From Balanoglossus misakiensis (taxonomy: Eukaryota > Animalia > Hemichordata): a stretch of 64,000 bases of DNA. The notes beneath the pieces are model-generated. The model saw nothing but the letters and a program-made list of their open reading frames with translations, was not told the DNA's origin and searched no databases. The DNA lies in NCBI GenBank assembly GCA_040954595.2, contig CM082591.2:6801082-6865081 (forward strand), given 5' to 3'. Shown piece after piece: positions 38,201 through 50,959 of this stretch (the first letter of the stretch is position 1; each line of letters opens with the position of its first letter). The position numbers and the translations under genes were made by a program.

Positions 38201-40322
38201 TAAAGTAACGCCCAGGCTTGTTGTATACTTGGCCCATTCAGAATGAATGAAGGAATGATGGATAGATGGATGGATGGATGGGTGGGATGTTGGTTGGTTT
38301 GTTGGTTGGTTGGTTGATGGATGGGTGGGTGGGTATTTGGGTGGTATTTATGTTGGGTGGGTTTGTTGGTGGATAGATGGATGGACAGGAATTAATCAGT
38401 TTTCTCCTCTATCACAGTCAACAACATTCATGGCCTTGTATTTCAAAAACAAGTGTGGCGACCCCTATATTTTGTCACAGATTTTCATTATACATACACA
38501 GGATAATCCAAAAAATCAACAATTAAAAGAAATGACAACACTTTCAATTGTACTAAACGAACAACCATAACATACCACGATAGCTGCTTGTGTATCTGCG
38601 CCAGGTGTAGCCGATCGTGGAGGGGAATTCGCACGCCGAGGCAAAGTTGTAGTCGAGTGGCAATTTTCTCTGATTGATTCGATCCAACCCCCATTTGTGG
38701 TCTGCAATAGTCACGTTGTGAACCTCTTGTACAATGGCTACATCCGGCATATCCATTACCTACCATGGAGAGAGATAAACGACGGATAATAGTTCGTTTT
38801 CCGAACTCCATTTTCCGAACTCCTTGAGACAATGCGAGATCACGTGAGGCCAGGCAGACACAGGACTAACAACAAATACTGTAAAACATGTTATTTTCGC
38901 AAGCAATAAGTTTTCGCGAAATACGCGAGAGCCAAAATAGCGTGAAAATAAAAAGTCACATAATTTTTTTAAGATAACGATGCCGTGAATGAAATAAGAG
39001 AAGGCGAAAATTAATACTCGCGAAACAGTGGCCTCTCTCGATATCCCAAAAATTTAAACTCGCGAAAATAATGTGTTTTACAGTAACTACAGAACTAATT
39101 TTTTTAAAACTCGGCATCAGTTCTAGTTTTCGTACAAAGATTTGCTTGTACTATTGGCAAGCAAACCATTGCTACGGTAACGAAAGCCTCTAGAGCTGCC
39201 ACTTTTTGCATTATTTTCATGAGTTTATTTTCCAACTTAAATTGGTCCATCTATATAAGCTTACTGATAGGTATACATGAACACCTTGTCGATGCCTATA
39301 AATTGTGACTGCATGTTGCAATTTGAACACGCTAATAAATGTATTAAACAGGTGCCGCACTGATTTAATTAGCCTCCATACAAACAGTACGCATCGTGGT
39401 ATGCGTCGCCATGCAAGAGATGACAAATGGTGCAAATACAAGTAATGCTCAATGGAGAGGTAATGGAATATATGGATTCGAAGTATTTTACTGTGGAAAA
39501 AATATGTGAAATTTGGCAGCTAAAGGGGCTTTAACCAAATCTCGTGAGGCATTCATGATTGAAATGTGCGGAAGATAATCAATTGTCATATTTACCTTGG
39601 CAAGGGTTTCATTGCTCCATATAGACATTTCCAATTCCACCAGCAAATCGGTACAAAAAATTTGTTCGATTTGACAGTCTGCATCATCTGCCAGAGGTTG
39701 GAATAGAGCGCGAACGTCATCCTCTGCCATGCATTTCTGAAATGACAAATGATTCTGTTTAAGTTTATACTGTGGGGGGGGGAATATTTTGAGATGCAAG
39801 ATAGATTTCGTTGGACATGGCTGTATTTACCATCAATACTCGGTCTCAAAATTCTCATAACCAACTGACTGAAAAATGTCGTAACCATTAGCAACATTAT
39901 GATCTTTTCTCTAAAATTCAAATCTAATGATTAGCCAGCATTAGCCGAAACTGTGTGAGTTTTCATTCTTGATTTGTACAACACGACTGTTCCGTTTGTT
40001 GATCAAGTACTAAGAGCGGGAATATACCCCGATTGTGTTAGGAATAATGTTCTTTTCATAATTCAAAGAAATCGACTGAACCATCTAAACGACTGAACCA
40101 TGTAAACTGTCTCTTACGTACCAGAATAAAAACGGCATACAAATCAGGAATACGGTCCGTGTCATTCTGAGCTCGAACCAAGGCAGCACGGCCGCCGCTT
40201 CCACTATCACAAAGATCACCAAAAATCTCGTCAGCGGTGATGCTAAGCTGGGGTTGGTCGTCTTGCCCAGAACAGGTCAAGATCATGAGTGTCAGAAGAA
40301 GAGTCAAACGTAGCACCCCCAT
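35202..40322 (-). CDS. Secreted subtilisin-like serine protease (peptidase S8A, proteinase K/aqualysin-1/PCSK9-like), 448 aa: signal peptide, I9-like prodomain, catalytic domain
   Basis: Exons 40322-40122, 39736-39596, 38759-38576, 38144-38038, 37572-37431, 37297-37107, 36578-36398, 36125-35970 and 35245-35202 are phase-consistent (1347 nt). Motifs: [14 protein letters not shown], catalytic [14 protein letters not shown] and [12 protein letters not shown], oxyanion AAGN, and signal peptide [19 protein letters not shown]. Confidence 0.92.
36164..36356. repeat. Intronic (CATT)n(CATA)n(CGTA)n microsatellite
   Basis: Read directly from the sequence. Confidence 0.95.
38242..38384. repeat. Degenerate (GAAT)/(GGAT)/(GGTT) microsatellite
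   Basis: Read directly from the sequence. Confidence 0.85.
38877..39085. mobile_element. MITE family F copy in a subtilase intron
   Basis: TA-flanked CTGTAAAACA TIR, opposite orientation to 3905-4116. Confidence 0.85.
39183..39534. mobile_element. MITE family H copy in a subtilase intron
   Basis: Reverse-complement homology to 2629-2972. Confidence 0.75.
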
Positions 40323-40717
40323 CCTGAAAGAAAATTAATTAAAAGTCAACTGAACACTGGAGAAGGAAGGGGGAGATAAGGGAGAGAGACATATGGACAT
40401 ATACAGAGAGGGAGAAAATGACGGAGACAGGAAAAGAGATACAGAGAGGGAGAGAGGAGACGGAACAGAGATGGGAGGGAGACCGAGAGAGGTTTCACCA
40501 GATAATTCCCGATAATTATGGAATACATTGCTGTGTGAAAAAAAAACAAGAATGCCCAAAATCCCAGAAACATTGTTAAAACTGAAGAATCATTAGTGAA
40601 AACATGCAACATATGTGCAACATACAATTTTTACAGTCTTGCCTTCTGAGATATGCGGGTGGCAGAGAATTGTGAAACATTCTCATTTACGCTATTTTGA
40701 TTTACCACACACGTACC

Positions 40718-40786
40718 TGTAGCAGCGTTGGTCCTGGTATGGATCCAGTTGTCATGGTGCCAAGTGATGTTGAGTCCCCTTTTATA
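40718..40786 (-). promoter_or_regulatory. TATA box (TATAAAAG, starting at 40786) and short non-coding first exon of the subtilase gene
   Basis: TATA ~30 nt upstream of a ~40-nt exon ending CAG|GTACGT. The next acceptor is TTTCAG|G-ATG at 40323. Confidence 0.65.
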
Positions 40787-41879
40787 ACAATTTGGGGGTT
40801 TTCTGTCATTGTTAACGCAATACGGTCAATTTCTTTGGTGGTACACCGCTGAAAGGAGATTAGTTTGCACCAATTTCAGATAACGGAAAGATTAAGAATC
40901 TTGAAGATTAAAAATCAAAATCTGTCTGAAAAATTGATAGGAGCAGCTGGCAGTTAACTTTTATGGTGTCCGATTTGTGTGGGGACTCCGATGATCCCAA
41001 TGATTTTGCACAGAAGGCAAGTGTTTTGCCAAAAGTGAATGAATCTTCAAACAGAAGTCTATCACCCAGGCAGAGGGAGGGGGGGGTGTCAGCTTTAATG
41101 GGACATTAGCTTAAGTTTTGGGCCTTTATTATCTCTGTTCTGTATTCCAAATGCAATTTTTTGTTCTACTCTAAACAGCATGATGCTAATATATAGTACT
41201 CCACTTGTCTACACAGCCTGTATGAGTGAAACGGCCATTATTTTTTTTATTTATTTTTTGACAAATGGATTCCAGTCCGGACTTCAATTCAAGTGTTGTG
41301 CAATAACAGTGCAGACTATACACATGCTATGATAAGCTAAATGCTGAGCATTTCATCATGTTGCAGAAATTGAACCAGAAAGTGCAGTAGATAGACAAAA
41401 CAAAAATACTGAAAAACATAGCAAAACGTTACAGCTAATGGAGCTTTAAGCTGCTGTTATCATGTAAATTTCATGATTTCCCGCTTAAAATTAGTGCAGT
41501 TTTAAGTGTCTTCGCAGCTGCCTTCAAAACTGCCTTAGATTGCATACTTATGCTTTTGTTTATGTTATACGCTGTTGAGGGCGTTATACCAAAGTTCAGT
41601 TTACAGTGTCATAAAATATGGAATGCCTGAGGAAAAATCGCAGACAAGAATATTTAGGATGTTACCAATGCTAGTTAATGCCCCACTTTCAACCAGAAAT
41701 CGAGCAGCAATTTCGAAAAATGGGATAATTGACTTTGGAGGTGTACAAATGACGGTTGCGTTTTGTACACACACAGGTTTCCATACAGATATTTTTAGGA
41801 GTTTAAGACTTCAACAATTTGTTTCCTTAACAGATAATGACATAAGACTCCATGTGTAGGTTATCATTATCTAGTATAA

Positions 41880-42085
41880 TTTAAAGCACTTTTTTTCGCG
41901 AGTTGAAATTTTCGCGAGTTGAAATTTTCGCGATATCAAGAGAGGCCACTGTTTCGCGAGTATTAATTTTCGCGTTCTCTTATTTCATTCAGTTCATCAT
42001 TATCTTTCAAAAAAATTACGCGACTTTTTATTTTCACGCTATTTTGGCTCTCGCGTATTTCGCGAAAATAAAGTTTTTTACAGTA
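41880..42085. mobile_element. MITE family F copy (left TIR eroded)
   Basis: Internal sequence nearly identical to 3905-4116. Confidence 0.8.
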
Positions 42086-45000
42086 TGTGTACCGTATACT
42101 AAGGTTTATTGTGAATTTTTTTTAAATTGAATTCAATCTGGACTTGAAATCACTTGTCAGCAACCGCATGGTCCTTAGACATACAGAGACCGGAAATATC
42201 AAACAGTCCATGTTATCTTCTGTTGATGTCGAATTTTTGCTAAGTTTCTGTTGGATATTCCATGTAGACAAACATCTGCCATACGTTGACAACAACCGTC
42301 ATCACACGATCGCTTCAAATGATTGACAAATATAAAAGCTGGATTTTGTTTATTAATGTGTGTCGCAGCGCTCTGTAAGTATGCCTCCCGACAACCAGTA
42401 TGGTTTGGGGATTTTAGACGAAAGCCACACATGAGAGCGTATTAAATATGAAACTTTTCCTCACCTTACAACTGTCCATCATAAAACCACACCAGCCACG
42501 CAGTAGAAATTGAGAAATTTCCAATGGTGAACCAGGTCAGCACGTGATAGCAGCTAACACAGTTACCTCTTTTTACAGTCCATGTATTCACAGCACCTCC
42601 CCATTGGACCACTCCGTTCAATCAGAGCATTACACAGGGACCCATTTCCTAATAAGGGGCCGTTCAGTTTTTATGGCCGGGGGGGGGGGGGGTGCCGTTG
42701 CATAATCCAGCGGGGCACTTTAATTTTGAAATCCAAAAGGGGGGTCACCTTTTTTTTTTAAACATTTTTATTCTGGTACCCTCGTGTCTACATGTGGGAT
42801 GGAAGTTGTGTGTGGTCGAATGTTGATTCACTATGTATCCATCTGTAGCATAATATAAACTGTCTTGTATCAAAATAAATCATGGAAAAAGAGCAGCGAG
42901 AGAGAGACTTTGTCCCTTTAAGATAAGGATATACATTTGTACTGTGTATCAGTATGACTTTTACTTACCCACGATTTCTACACTTTTCGATAGTTTGGAT
43001 TTTGTACTCAAAATTGTTTTCAACTTTCTTAATTGCAGGAGGAACTTTCCATGTGATCCAACTGACAAGACTGCTGGGAAAAGTAAAAAGATTACAGAAA
43101 TGGATATACATTACCACAGCTGACCTTTGAATAGGGAAGTATTATTTTTTATAGTATATATTTTATTTGTTTGCTTGGCAGCTGAAATGTACTAATGGTG
43201 CAGAATTGAAAACACTAGCCTGTTGCAAAACATGGTAAGCATTGCTATATTTAGTTTGAGTGTACTTTATGACTTTTAAGTATAAATTTACAGTAACTAG
43301 GATGAGTGTACCATGTTGATCACACCGTCATTCGCGTTGTAATGGAGCAATTATATGTTTTAAAATCAACAACAGTTGAAAGATAAATGTATTATGAGAG
43401 CGTCTGTCATTTACATGTGTAGTGAGAACTGCACAATGGATAAAACTAAAGGTAACTTTCACTGAATGCCAGTGCATTGGGTTTTGTCATCATAAAGGTA
43501 AGAGTGTATAGTTTGTAGAATGTAGTTTGATTTAAACTAGGATATACTAATCATGTAGAAAAACTTCAATAATAGACAGGGATAATACATTATCATATGT
43601 GTATAATAATCGCTGAAAATTATAATGTTGAGTGTTTGCAGGGTAAGGTATGATAAACTTTAAAATACGAAACCTTGATAATGAAGATTAGGTAACAAAG
43701 TGCACAATAAAGATGAAAATGATATAATAACAAAAGATAATACGGTAATGATGATAATGAAGATGATGTTGTTGTAATAATTAAAAAGAACAATAATGAT
43801 GATAGTGGTGATGATGATTATGTAATTATAAAAATTAATAATGAATAGTGTATGTCAGTGTGGTATTGTCAGTTTTAGGTGGATCTTCAGGATGCTTTAA
43901 GATGAAAATGGTTGTGATGATTATTGTTTCTATGGTTTAGGTGGTGATTATTTGATTCTTAATGGTCTTAATGTAATTGAGAATATTGGGTGTAATTATG
44001 TATCTGTTGGGATTGTGGTCGTAGTGGTTTAGAGTAACAGAATAATAATGTTAGTGAAAGTTTCATTTAACCGTTAATATAACACAGGATGTATTTTCAT
44101 CTAAACAGTCAGTCACATTCATCTTAAATATTCATCAGAATTGGTAGCCTAACAATATGCATAGTTGGCATTGTATACTTTGTGATTCTGGGTACAGAGT
44201 TTTGTGAGACAAATGATTGTGTAAAATTATGGTAAGCTCCCAGTACATGAGGTGTTGGTGAAATATTTGTGACTGGTGTAGATAAATATTGATATGACTG
44301 TAATTGGTGAATTAATAAACTTTTCTTTTTTCTTCAGGGATGCGCGTCTTATGATGGTGACACTGCAGTTGAATAGACTGTAGTATTTTTAATGTGTTTT
44401 TGTGTAATATTGCATGTGTGTGTGTGCCCATTCTGACCTGGCCAGTCAGATTTGGGATGTCGTTACATACTTTGCACTCGCAAACATGACATACCTTGCA
44501 CTCGCAAACATGACATACCGTATAAGTAACCACTCTCTAAGTTTCAGATTTATCAAACTGGTTTAATTGTGATTGTGATTTATTTGTATTGAATGCATGA
44601 TTTCATTCCAGGTTATTAAATAAACATTGCATTGTATAATATTTGTATTTCAGATGTGTACCTGTATTTAATTGTGTTAAATAGTAATAAAATCCAGTCA
44701 GTTTCACCAACAGCTCATTGTCTTTCCCCCTTTGCACCAATACAGTGAGCATTCATTTGTATAGGAAAGCAATTTACATACCAACATGTTTTGGAAATTG
44801 CAGTAATTTAGTAAATCAACACTCAGAATTACTGGTGTGTAATGTCAGCTATGCATATTAATATTTATCATTTGGAAGTTCAATATTACAAAATTCTTAG
44901 ACTTTCTAATTTACCTACTGATAATAATAAATTTATAATATTTGAGAGTACAATATAGCTAGATAAATTAACTAGTGAGTATAGACTTTGTAGAATGCAA

Positions 45001-45154
45001 TTGGTTGAAAAGTTTCTGATTTTCATGGGTTACGGTATTCAATTTTGATTTTATGTCCGATGTTTGTGATGGTGGTGGCAGTTTTGATGTTAATTGTGAA
45101 TTCTAATTGTTATGGTGATGGCATTGATGGTTGTACTTATGTTGATGGGGGTCG

Positions 45155-45161
45155 GTGATGG

Positions 45162-45201
<40 letters not shown>
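45155..45201. repeat. (GAT)n microsatellite
   Basis: Read directly from the sequence. Confidence 0.9.
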
Positions 45202-46089
45202 AGCAAAAATAATGATTGTAATAATAATAATTAGTATTATAATAATAATTTTTATGAACCCACAGCTGTGGAACTTATTCTACTGAATTTGTATAAATAT
45301 TGTCAAGTAATCTTAGCTTAAAGGTATAATTTAGTAATTATGTATGATGATTTTAGGTTATAACTACTGAACAGCCCATAAATAATTTGTTTAGGTTTTA
45401 GCGCTGTAGTTCACTTGAACTCATAACTGTGCATAAATTGTAATTTTTTATGGTGATTCTAAAACTAAAACTAGTGAAAAGTTAAATATAAAGTACAATA
45501 TGTAGATAGGTGATAACTACTGGAATCATTTGTTGAATTTTTAGTTCCCCATGGGACTGCGTCATTGACAGTGATTTGTTAACTGAGTACTGGTCTGTTG
45601 AATTGGAGATAGTTTCATGTTTTGTTAGTCTATTGGATAATAAATTAAGTTTATCAGATCCTGGAGATTTACATTGGATAATGTGCGTCTGCTACCCAAG
45701 AGATGAAAGGCGCAACACAATTTTGTAAGTGTACCATTGGTAACATGAAACTGTCAAGTCTATGATTGTGAACTAATATTTACTATTTATTATTTGTTGC
45801 AGGTGTTGGGGTTTGTTAGCAGGCAAGTTGAAGTCCATAGCAGTCAGTCATAATCGTCTGTTAAGTATTTACACATTTTTCTCATTAGTTTCAGATTCCC
45901 ATGATGCAACAATCCTCCAGCCCATGATGCAATATATCTTCCTGCCCAGATGCCCAGCTGGTAACCAGGTAACATGATTCCTGTGGTGCGAGTATGCAAA
46001 TTAATTTGCTATGACCAGCCATTGTAATTACATTTAAAAAGCACAATGAAGATCTGAATTTTTCCATACACACAACAGTATGGTATCAA

Positions 46090-47640
46090 GTTTTGTTCAT
46101 AAAGACAGGAAATAGAATCATTTGTCCATAGATACATATTTGCGTTCTGTTGTTGACTGAAATATACTTATTGACATATTTTTCATTTTTGCAGATCCCG
46201 TTTCTCTTGCTGATGATCTACTTGTGCCAACCACCATGTCCATCTGTGCATGCCTGTAAAGCAGCCATGCAGATTACGAAGGTAACATCAAAGCTGCAAA
46301 CAACGTTACCGGTCATGTGGTAGAATTATTCTAATATGACTTGACCTCAATTTCATTAAAGCTTAGTGCATAGACAATGTGGCATACATATGGACAGCAA
46401 TGTTGGGTCACATTTACGGCCACAAAAAGCTAAGATTTCTACACGCGTTCGCATATAACAGAGTGGCGTCTGGTATATTCCATAGCAACAGGAGACCATC
46501 TGTACATAGATACATTTTACTGTCATGAACGTTATTTGACTGAAAAAAAACTTATTGATATATTTTTCACTTTTGCAGATCCAGTGCTGATGGTCAACTT
46601 CTGCCAACCACCATGTCGATCTGTGCATGCCTGTAAAGCAGCCAGGCAGATTACGAAGGTAACATTTAAAGCTGCAAACAACGTTACCGGTCATGTGGTA
46701 CAATTATTGTAATATGACTTGTCCTCAATTTCATTAAAACTTGGTACATAGACAATGTGGTACACATACGGACAACAATGTTAGGTCGCATTTACGGCCA
46801 CAAAAAGCTAAGATTTCTACGCACGTTCGCGCATAACAGAGTAGCGTCTGGTATATCCATAGCAACAGGAGACCATCTGTACATACCGGTAGATACATTT
46901 TAGTGTCATGAATGTTATTTGACTGAAAAAATACATTGATATATTTATCATTTTTGCAGATCCAGTTTCTTTTGCTGATGATCAACTTCTGCCAACCACC
47001 ATGTCGATTTGTGCATGCCTGTAAAGCAGTTAGCAGATGACGAAGGTAACATTTAAGCTGTTAAAAGCCTTAGCAGGGCATGTGGTACATTTATTGTAAT
47101 ATGACTTCACTGCAATTTCATTAAAACTTGGACGATCATTGGTCAATGTAGTGTGACATACATTATGCATAGCGATTTATTTTGCAACTTTATCCAGTAC
47201 GACCACTACAAGCTAGGATGAGTCCATACATTCATGCACAACAGAATGGCGACTTGTATCGTCCATGGCAACAGGAGTTCATCTGTCCATAGATGTATTT
47301 TAGTGTCATGTTTTTTGACTGAAAAATACTTACGGTTGCTGTTGACATATTGTTCATTATTGCAGATAACAGTTCCCCTGATGGTCAACACCTGCCAACC
47401 AACATGTTGACCTGTGCATGCCTGTGAAGCAGCCAAGAAGTTTTCGAAGGTAACTTGAGATAAAATTGAGTCTTCTCCAGCATCGATCGGTAGACCCGAT
47501 GGAGGAAAGCGAAAAATGATATTACTCATTTTGGATGGCAGTTAGTATATGGCTTATAGTCCATGAAGACCGGAGATCCTGTCTGTCCATAAGTTTTACA
47601 ATTGTGCTGTTAGACACAAAAATACTTATTGGCATGTTTG
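46090..47640 (+). repeat. Tandem array of four ~385-400 bp units, each containing an exon-like cassette
   Basis: Cassettes 46195-46281, 46579-46658, 46960-47045 and 47366-47449 are each bounded by TTGCAG| and GAAG|GTAAC. Confidence 0.85.
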
Positions 47641-47951
47641 GATACAGATCAAAATACTTAATGTCAATAATCAGACTTGATTGAACCAATTCTATTCAGA
47701 CTTCACACAATGATGTCATTCAATCAAACTTGGTTACTAATGGATTGGTGGTATTCAGGGCCTGAACATTTCCTTAGTTTTTCAGTGGTACCAGAACTAG
47801 TGACCAGGGTTTTTTTTACTGGTCCACCCCAAAACATTTGCATAACAATATGAGACAGGCTCATCATTCTTAGCTGTCAACATCCAAGTTCATTTATTTC
47901 TATCTTCATTGCCTTTGAATAAAAATAAAGCAAACACTGTTGTTTCCGTTG

Positions 47952-48164
47952 TACTGTAAAGCACTTTATTTTCGCGAGTTGAAATTTTTCGCGATATCGA
48001 GAGAGGCCACTGTTTTGTGGAGTATTAATTTTCGCGTTCTCTTATTTCATTCACTGCATCGTTATCTGCAAAAAAAATTACGCGACTTTTTATTTTCACG
48101 TTATTTTGGCTCTCGCGTATTTCGCGAAAATTTATTGCTCGCGAAAATAAAGTGTTTTACAGTA
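47952..48164. mobile_element. MITE family F copy
   Basis: TA|CTGTAAAGCAC...GTGTTTTACAG|TA. Confidence 0.85.
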
Positions 48165-48401
48165 CTTCACTCACGGCCATGTATCAACCAGTAGGGACCA
48201 AGTCATCTACAATGACTTGTCGCTCAGTCATGATTATTAGCTTTTCTCCAGACTTGAAATTTCCTATACTTATTACATTGTTGTCTGGCTGCCAAGGGCC
48301 ACCAACAAGCATACTACATAATAACCTGATTGGATGTTGTCGCATTCTGGAGCTAATCCCCTTGTCAGTGTTTTGACAGAATTTTAGTTTCTGTGTGAAA
48401 G

Positions 48402-49058
48402 TTAAAGCCTCTTGAGCTGCCAAATTTCACATGTTTTTTCCACAAGAGAATACTTCCAATTTATTCCTTATCCTTTAACCCTAACGCTACTAGTGTCATA
48501 CCTGTTTCGAGTGTCAAGTCCCTTAAAATACGTATTTGCCACTTTTTCTTCTAAAATATATTTTGACATGGCTCTCGCATACATACTTAGATACACTTGG
48601 CAGTCTGAGCCCCCTGTAAAATGTACCAAATCGTACTGGTTTGCACTGTATTGGTCTGAGGGTCTTGTATAAGCCCTACTGATTAACACACACTTGGCAG
48701 CCTAATGGGCCTGGGAGCCCAGGATTGTAGGCACTCTAGAAATCAAACCAGTTTCAACTGACATGACAGCGTTAGGGTTAAAATCCTCACCATTACGCCA
48801 AATTGCTTTATTTGCATCAGTTTGTCATCTTTTGGCGACGCGTACCGGGGTAATTTTGTACAGTTTATATGGCAGCTGATTAAACAGGTGTGGCACCGGT
48901 TTAATATCACTTGTTCAAATTGCAACATACAGCCACAACCAGGTGTCGATGAGATGTTCATGTGTACATATCAGTATGCTTATGTTGATGACCCAATCTA
49001 AGTAGGAAACTAAATTCATGGAAATAATGCAAAAATTGGCAGCTCAGGGAGGCTATAA
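48402..49058. mobile_element. Longer (~650 bp) member of MITE family H
   Basis: TTAA|AGCCTCTTGAGCTGCCAA...TTGGCAGCTCAGGGAGGCT|ATAA. Both ends are homologous to 2629-2972, with ~300 bp of extra internal sequence. Confidence 0.75.
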
Positions 49059-49966
49059 ATGTCTTTTAGTTGCTATTATGAATCAATACACAGGTACGGT
49101 AAGTGTAATGTCCTCGTTCTGTTTATAGGAAAGAAGAGGATTATACCCATGGATGAATTCAAAAGCCGGTGCATCAGATGTCCAGACGTTTCCTCGGAAT
49201 GATGACTGACTTTTTACTGACTTTAATAAAGCTTAATAAATTTGTCTGAGTTCATCGTCATTTCAAGAACAGAACTTCACCTTGGGTTGCAATTGAATGT
49301 TGATCAATCCCTACCTCGGTTATAATTATCAATACATTGTATTCCGAATTGTTTGTAATTGTGTCACAGAGAGAGGGAGCAGGTTGCAATGTGTACATTT
49401 CAGTATGCCAAAAAGTTTGCATTTCCCATTACATTGCTTATTACAGTCCTAAATTATCACTCCGATTTATTCAGCATAACCTGAAGGTTGTTGGGTCCTA
49501 TAAGCACAATAAGCATTGCACGTAAAAGCACTGTACACTAGCACTATACATGTAATCGCACTGGATACAACAGCCTTCAGGTGTTTACCATTGAACCTTA
49601 CAACACGTAATTATTGCACCACTTGCACAGAAAAGGTAAAATGGTAAACAAATAGAAAAAGGAATGACAGCGTTATTCCTGTATTGGTTCAAAACTTGTG
49701 CGAAACAGTTGTTTATGAAAGCAACATGACAATGAAGAGTAAACCACTTTGCATATTGTTTGACTTGCTCTCTCTATAAACTTGATTTTTTTTTCCATTA
49801 TTGTATTATAGGCATGATTTTCTACTATTGTACATTTTGAAGGCATGTTTTAGTAATTTAGAACAACTAGAGGTTTAATGGCCATGTTTTCATGATTAAT
49901 ATTGGGGTATAAACAAAATAGAAATTTAAGGCTATACAGAATAGTCTTGGGACCTTAGTGGATTAG

Positions 49967-50938
49967 ACCCTGGCCTGGTCTGTCCCGTCCCCTGGTCCTA
50001 AATTTACCCTGTACCCTGGCCTGTCCTGTCCCCTCTCCAGTGTACCCCTGACCTTTACCCTGTACCCTGGCCTGTCATGTCCCCTGTCCAGTGTACCCCT
50101 GGCCTGTACCTGACCTTTACCCTGTTCCCTGGCCTGTCCTGTCCAGTCCCCTGGTCCTAAAGTTACCCTGTACCCTGGCCTGTCATGTCCCCTGTCCAGT
50201 GTACCCCTGGCCTGTACCTGACCTTTACCCTGTTCCCTGGCCTGGCCTGGCCTGTCCTGTCCCCTGTCCAGTGTACCCCTGGCCTGTACCTGACCTTTAC
50301 CCTGTTCCCTGGCCTGGCCTGGCCTGTCCTGTCCCCTGTCCAGTGTACCCCTGGCCTGTACCTGACCTGTCCGGTCCCCTTGTCCTAAATTTACCATGTA
50401 CCCTGGCCTGTCATGTCCCCTGTCCAGTGTACCCCTGGCCTGTACCTGACCTTTACCCTGTTCCCTGGCCTGGCCTGGCCTGTCCTGTCCCCTGTCCAGT
50501 GTACCCCTGGCCTGTACCTGACCTTTACCCTGTTCCCTGGCCTGGCCTGGCCTGTCCTGTCCCCTGTCCAGTGTACCCCTGGCCTGTACCTGACCTGTCC
50601 GGTCCCCTTGTCCTAAATTTACCATGTACCCTGGCCTGTCATGTCCCCTGTCCAGTGTACCCCTGGCCTGTACCTGACATTTACCCTGTTCCCTGGTCTG
50701 TCCTGTCCCCTGTCCTGTACCTGACCTTTACCCTGTACCCTGGCCTGTCATGTCCCCTGTCCAGTGTACCCCTGGCCTGTACCCTGTACCTAGCTGGCCT
50801 GCCATGTATCTTGTTCTCATCCTGTACCCTGTCCTGTGCCCTGACCTTTACCCTGTACCCTGTGCCCATCCTGTTCTGCCCCCCCCCTCAGGTCCTGTTC
50901 TTGGCCTGTACCCTGGCCTGTCTTCTGCTGTACCCTGC
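49967..50938. repeat. GC-rich, strand-asymmetric minisatellite (CCCTGGCCTGTACCTGACCTTTA-type subunits) with 72-bp and 228-bp higher-order periods
   Basis: Read directly. Identical 67-aa ORFs at 50185 and 50413 mark the 228-bp period. Confidence 0.92.
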
Positions 50939-50959
50939 TGTTGTATTTATTAATTCTTT

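Noticed and set aside
40718-40755. Upstream ATG (minus strand) in the subtilase first exon
   Set aside because: It is out of frame with the signal-peptide ATG after splicing and lies at the predicted transcription start
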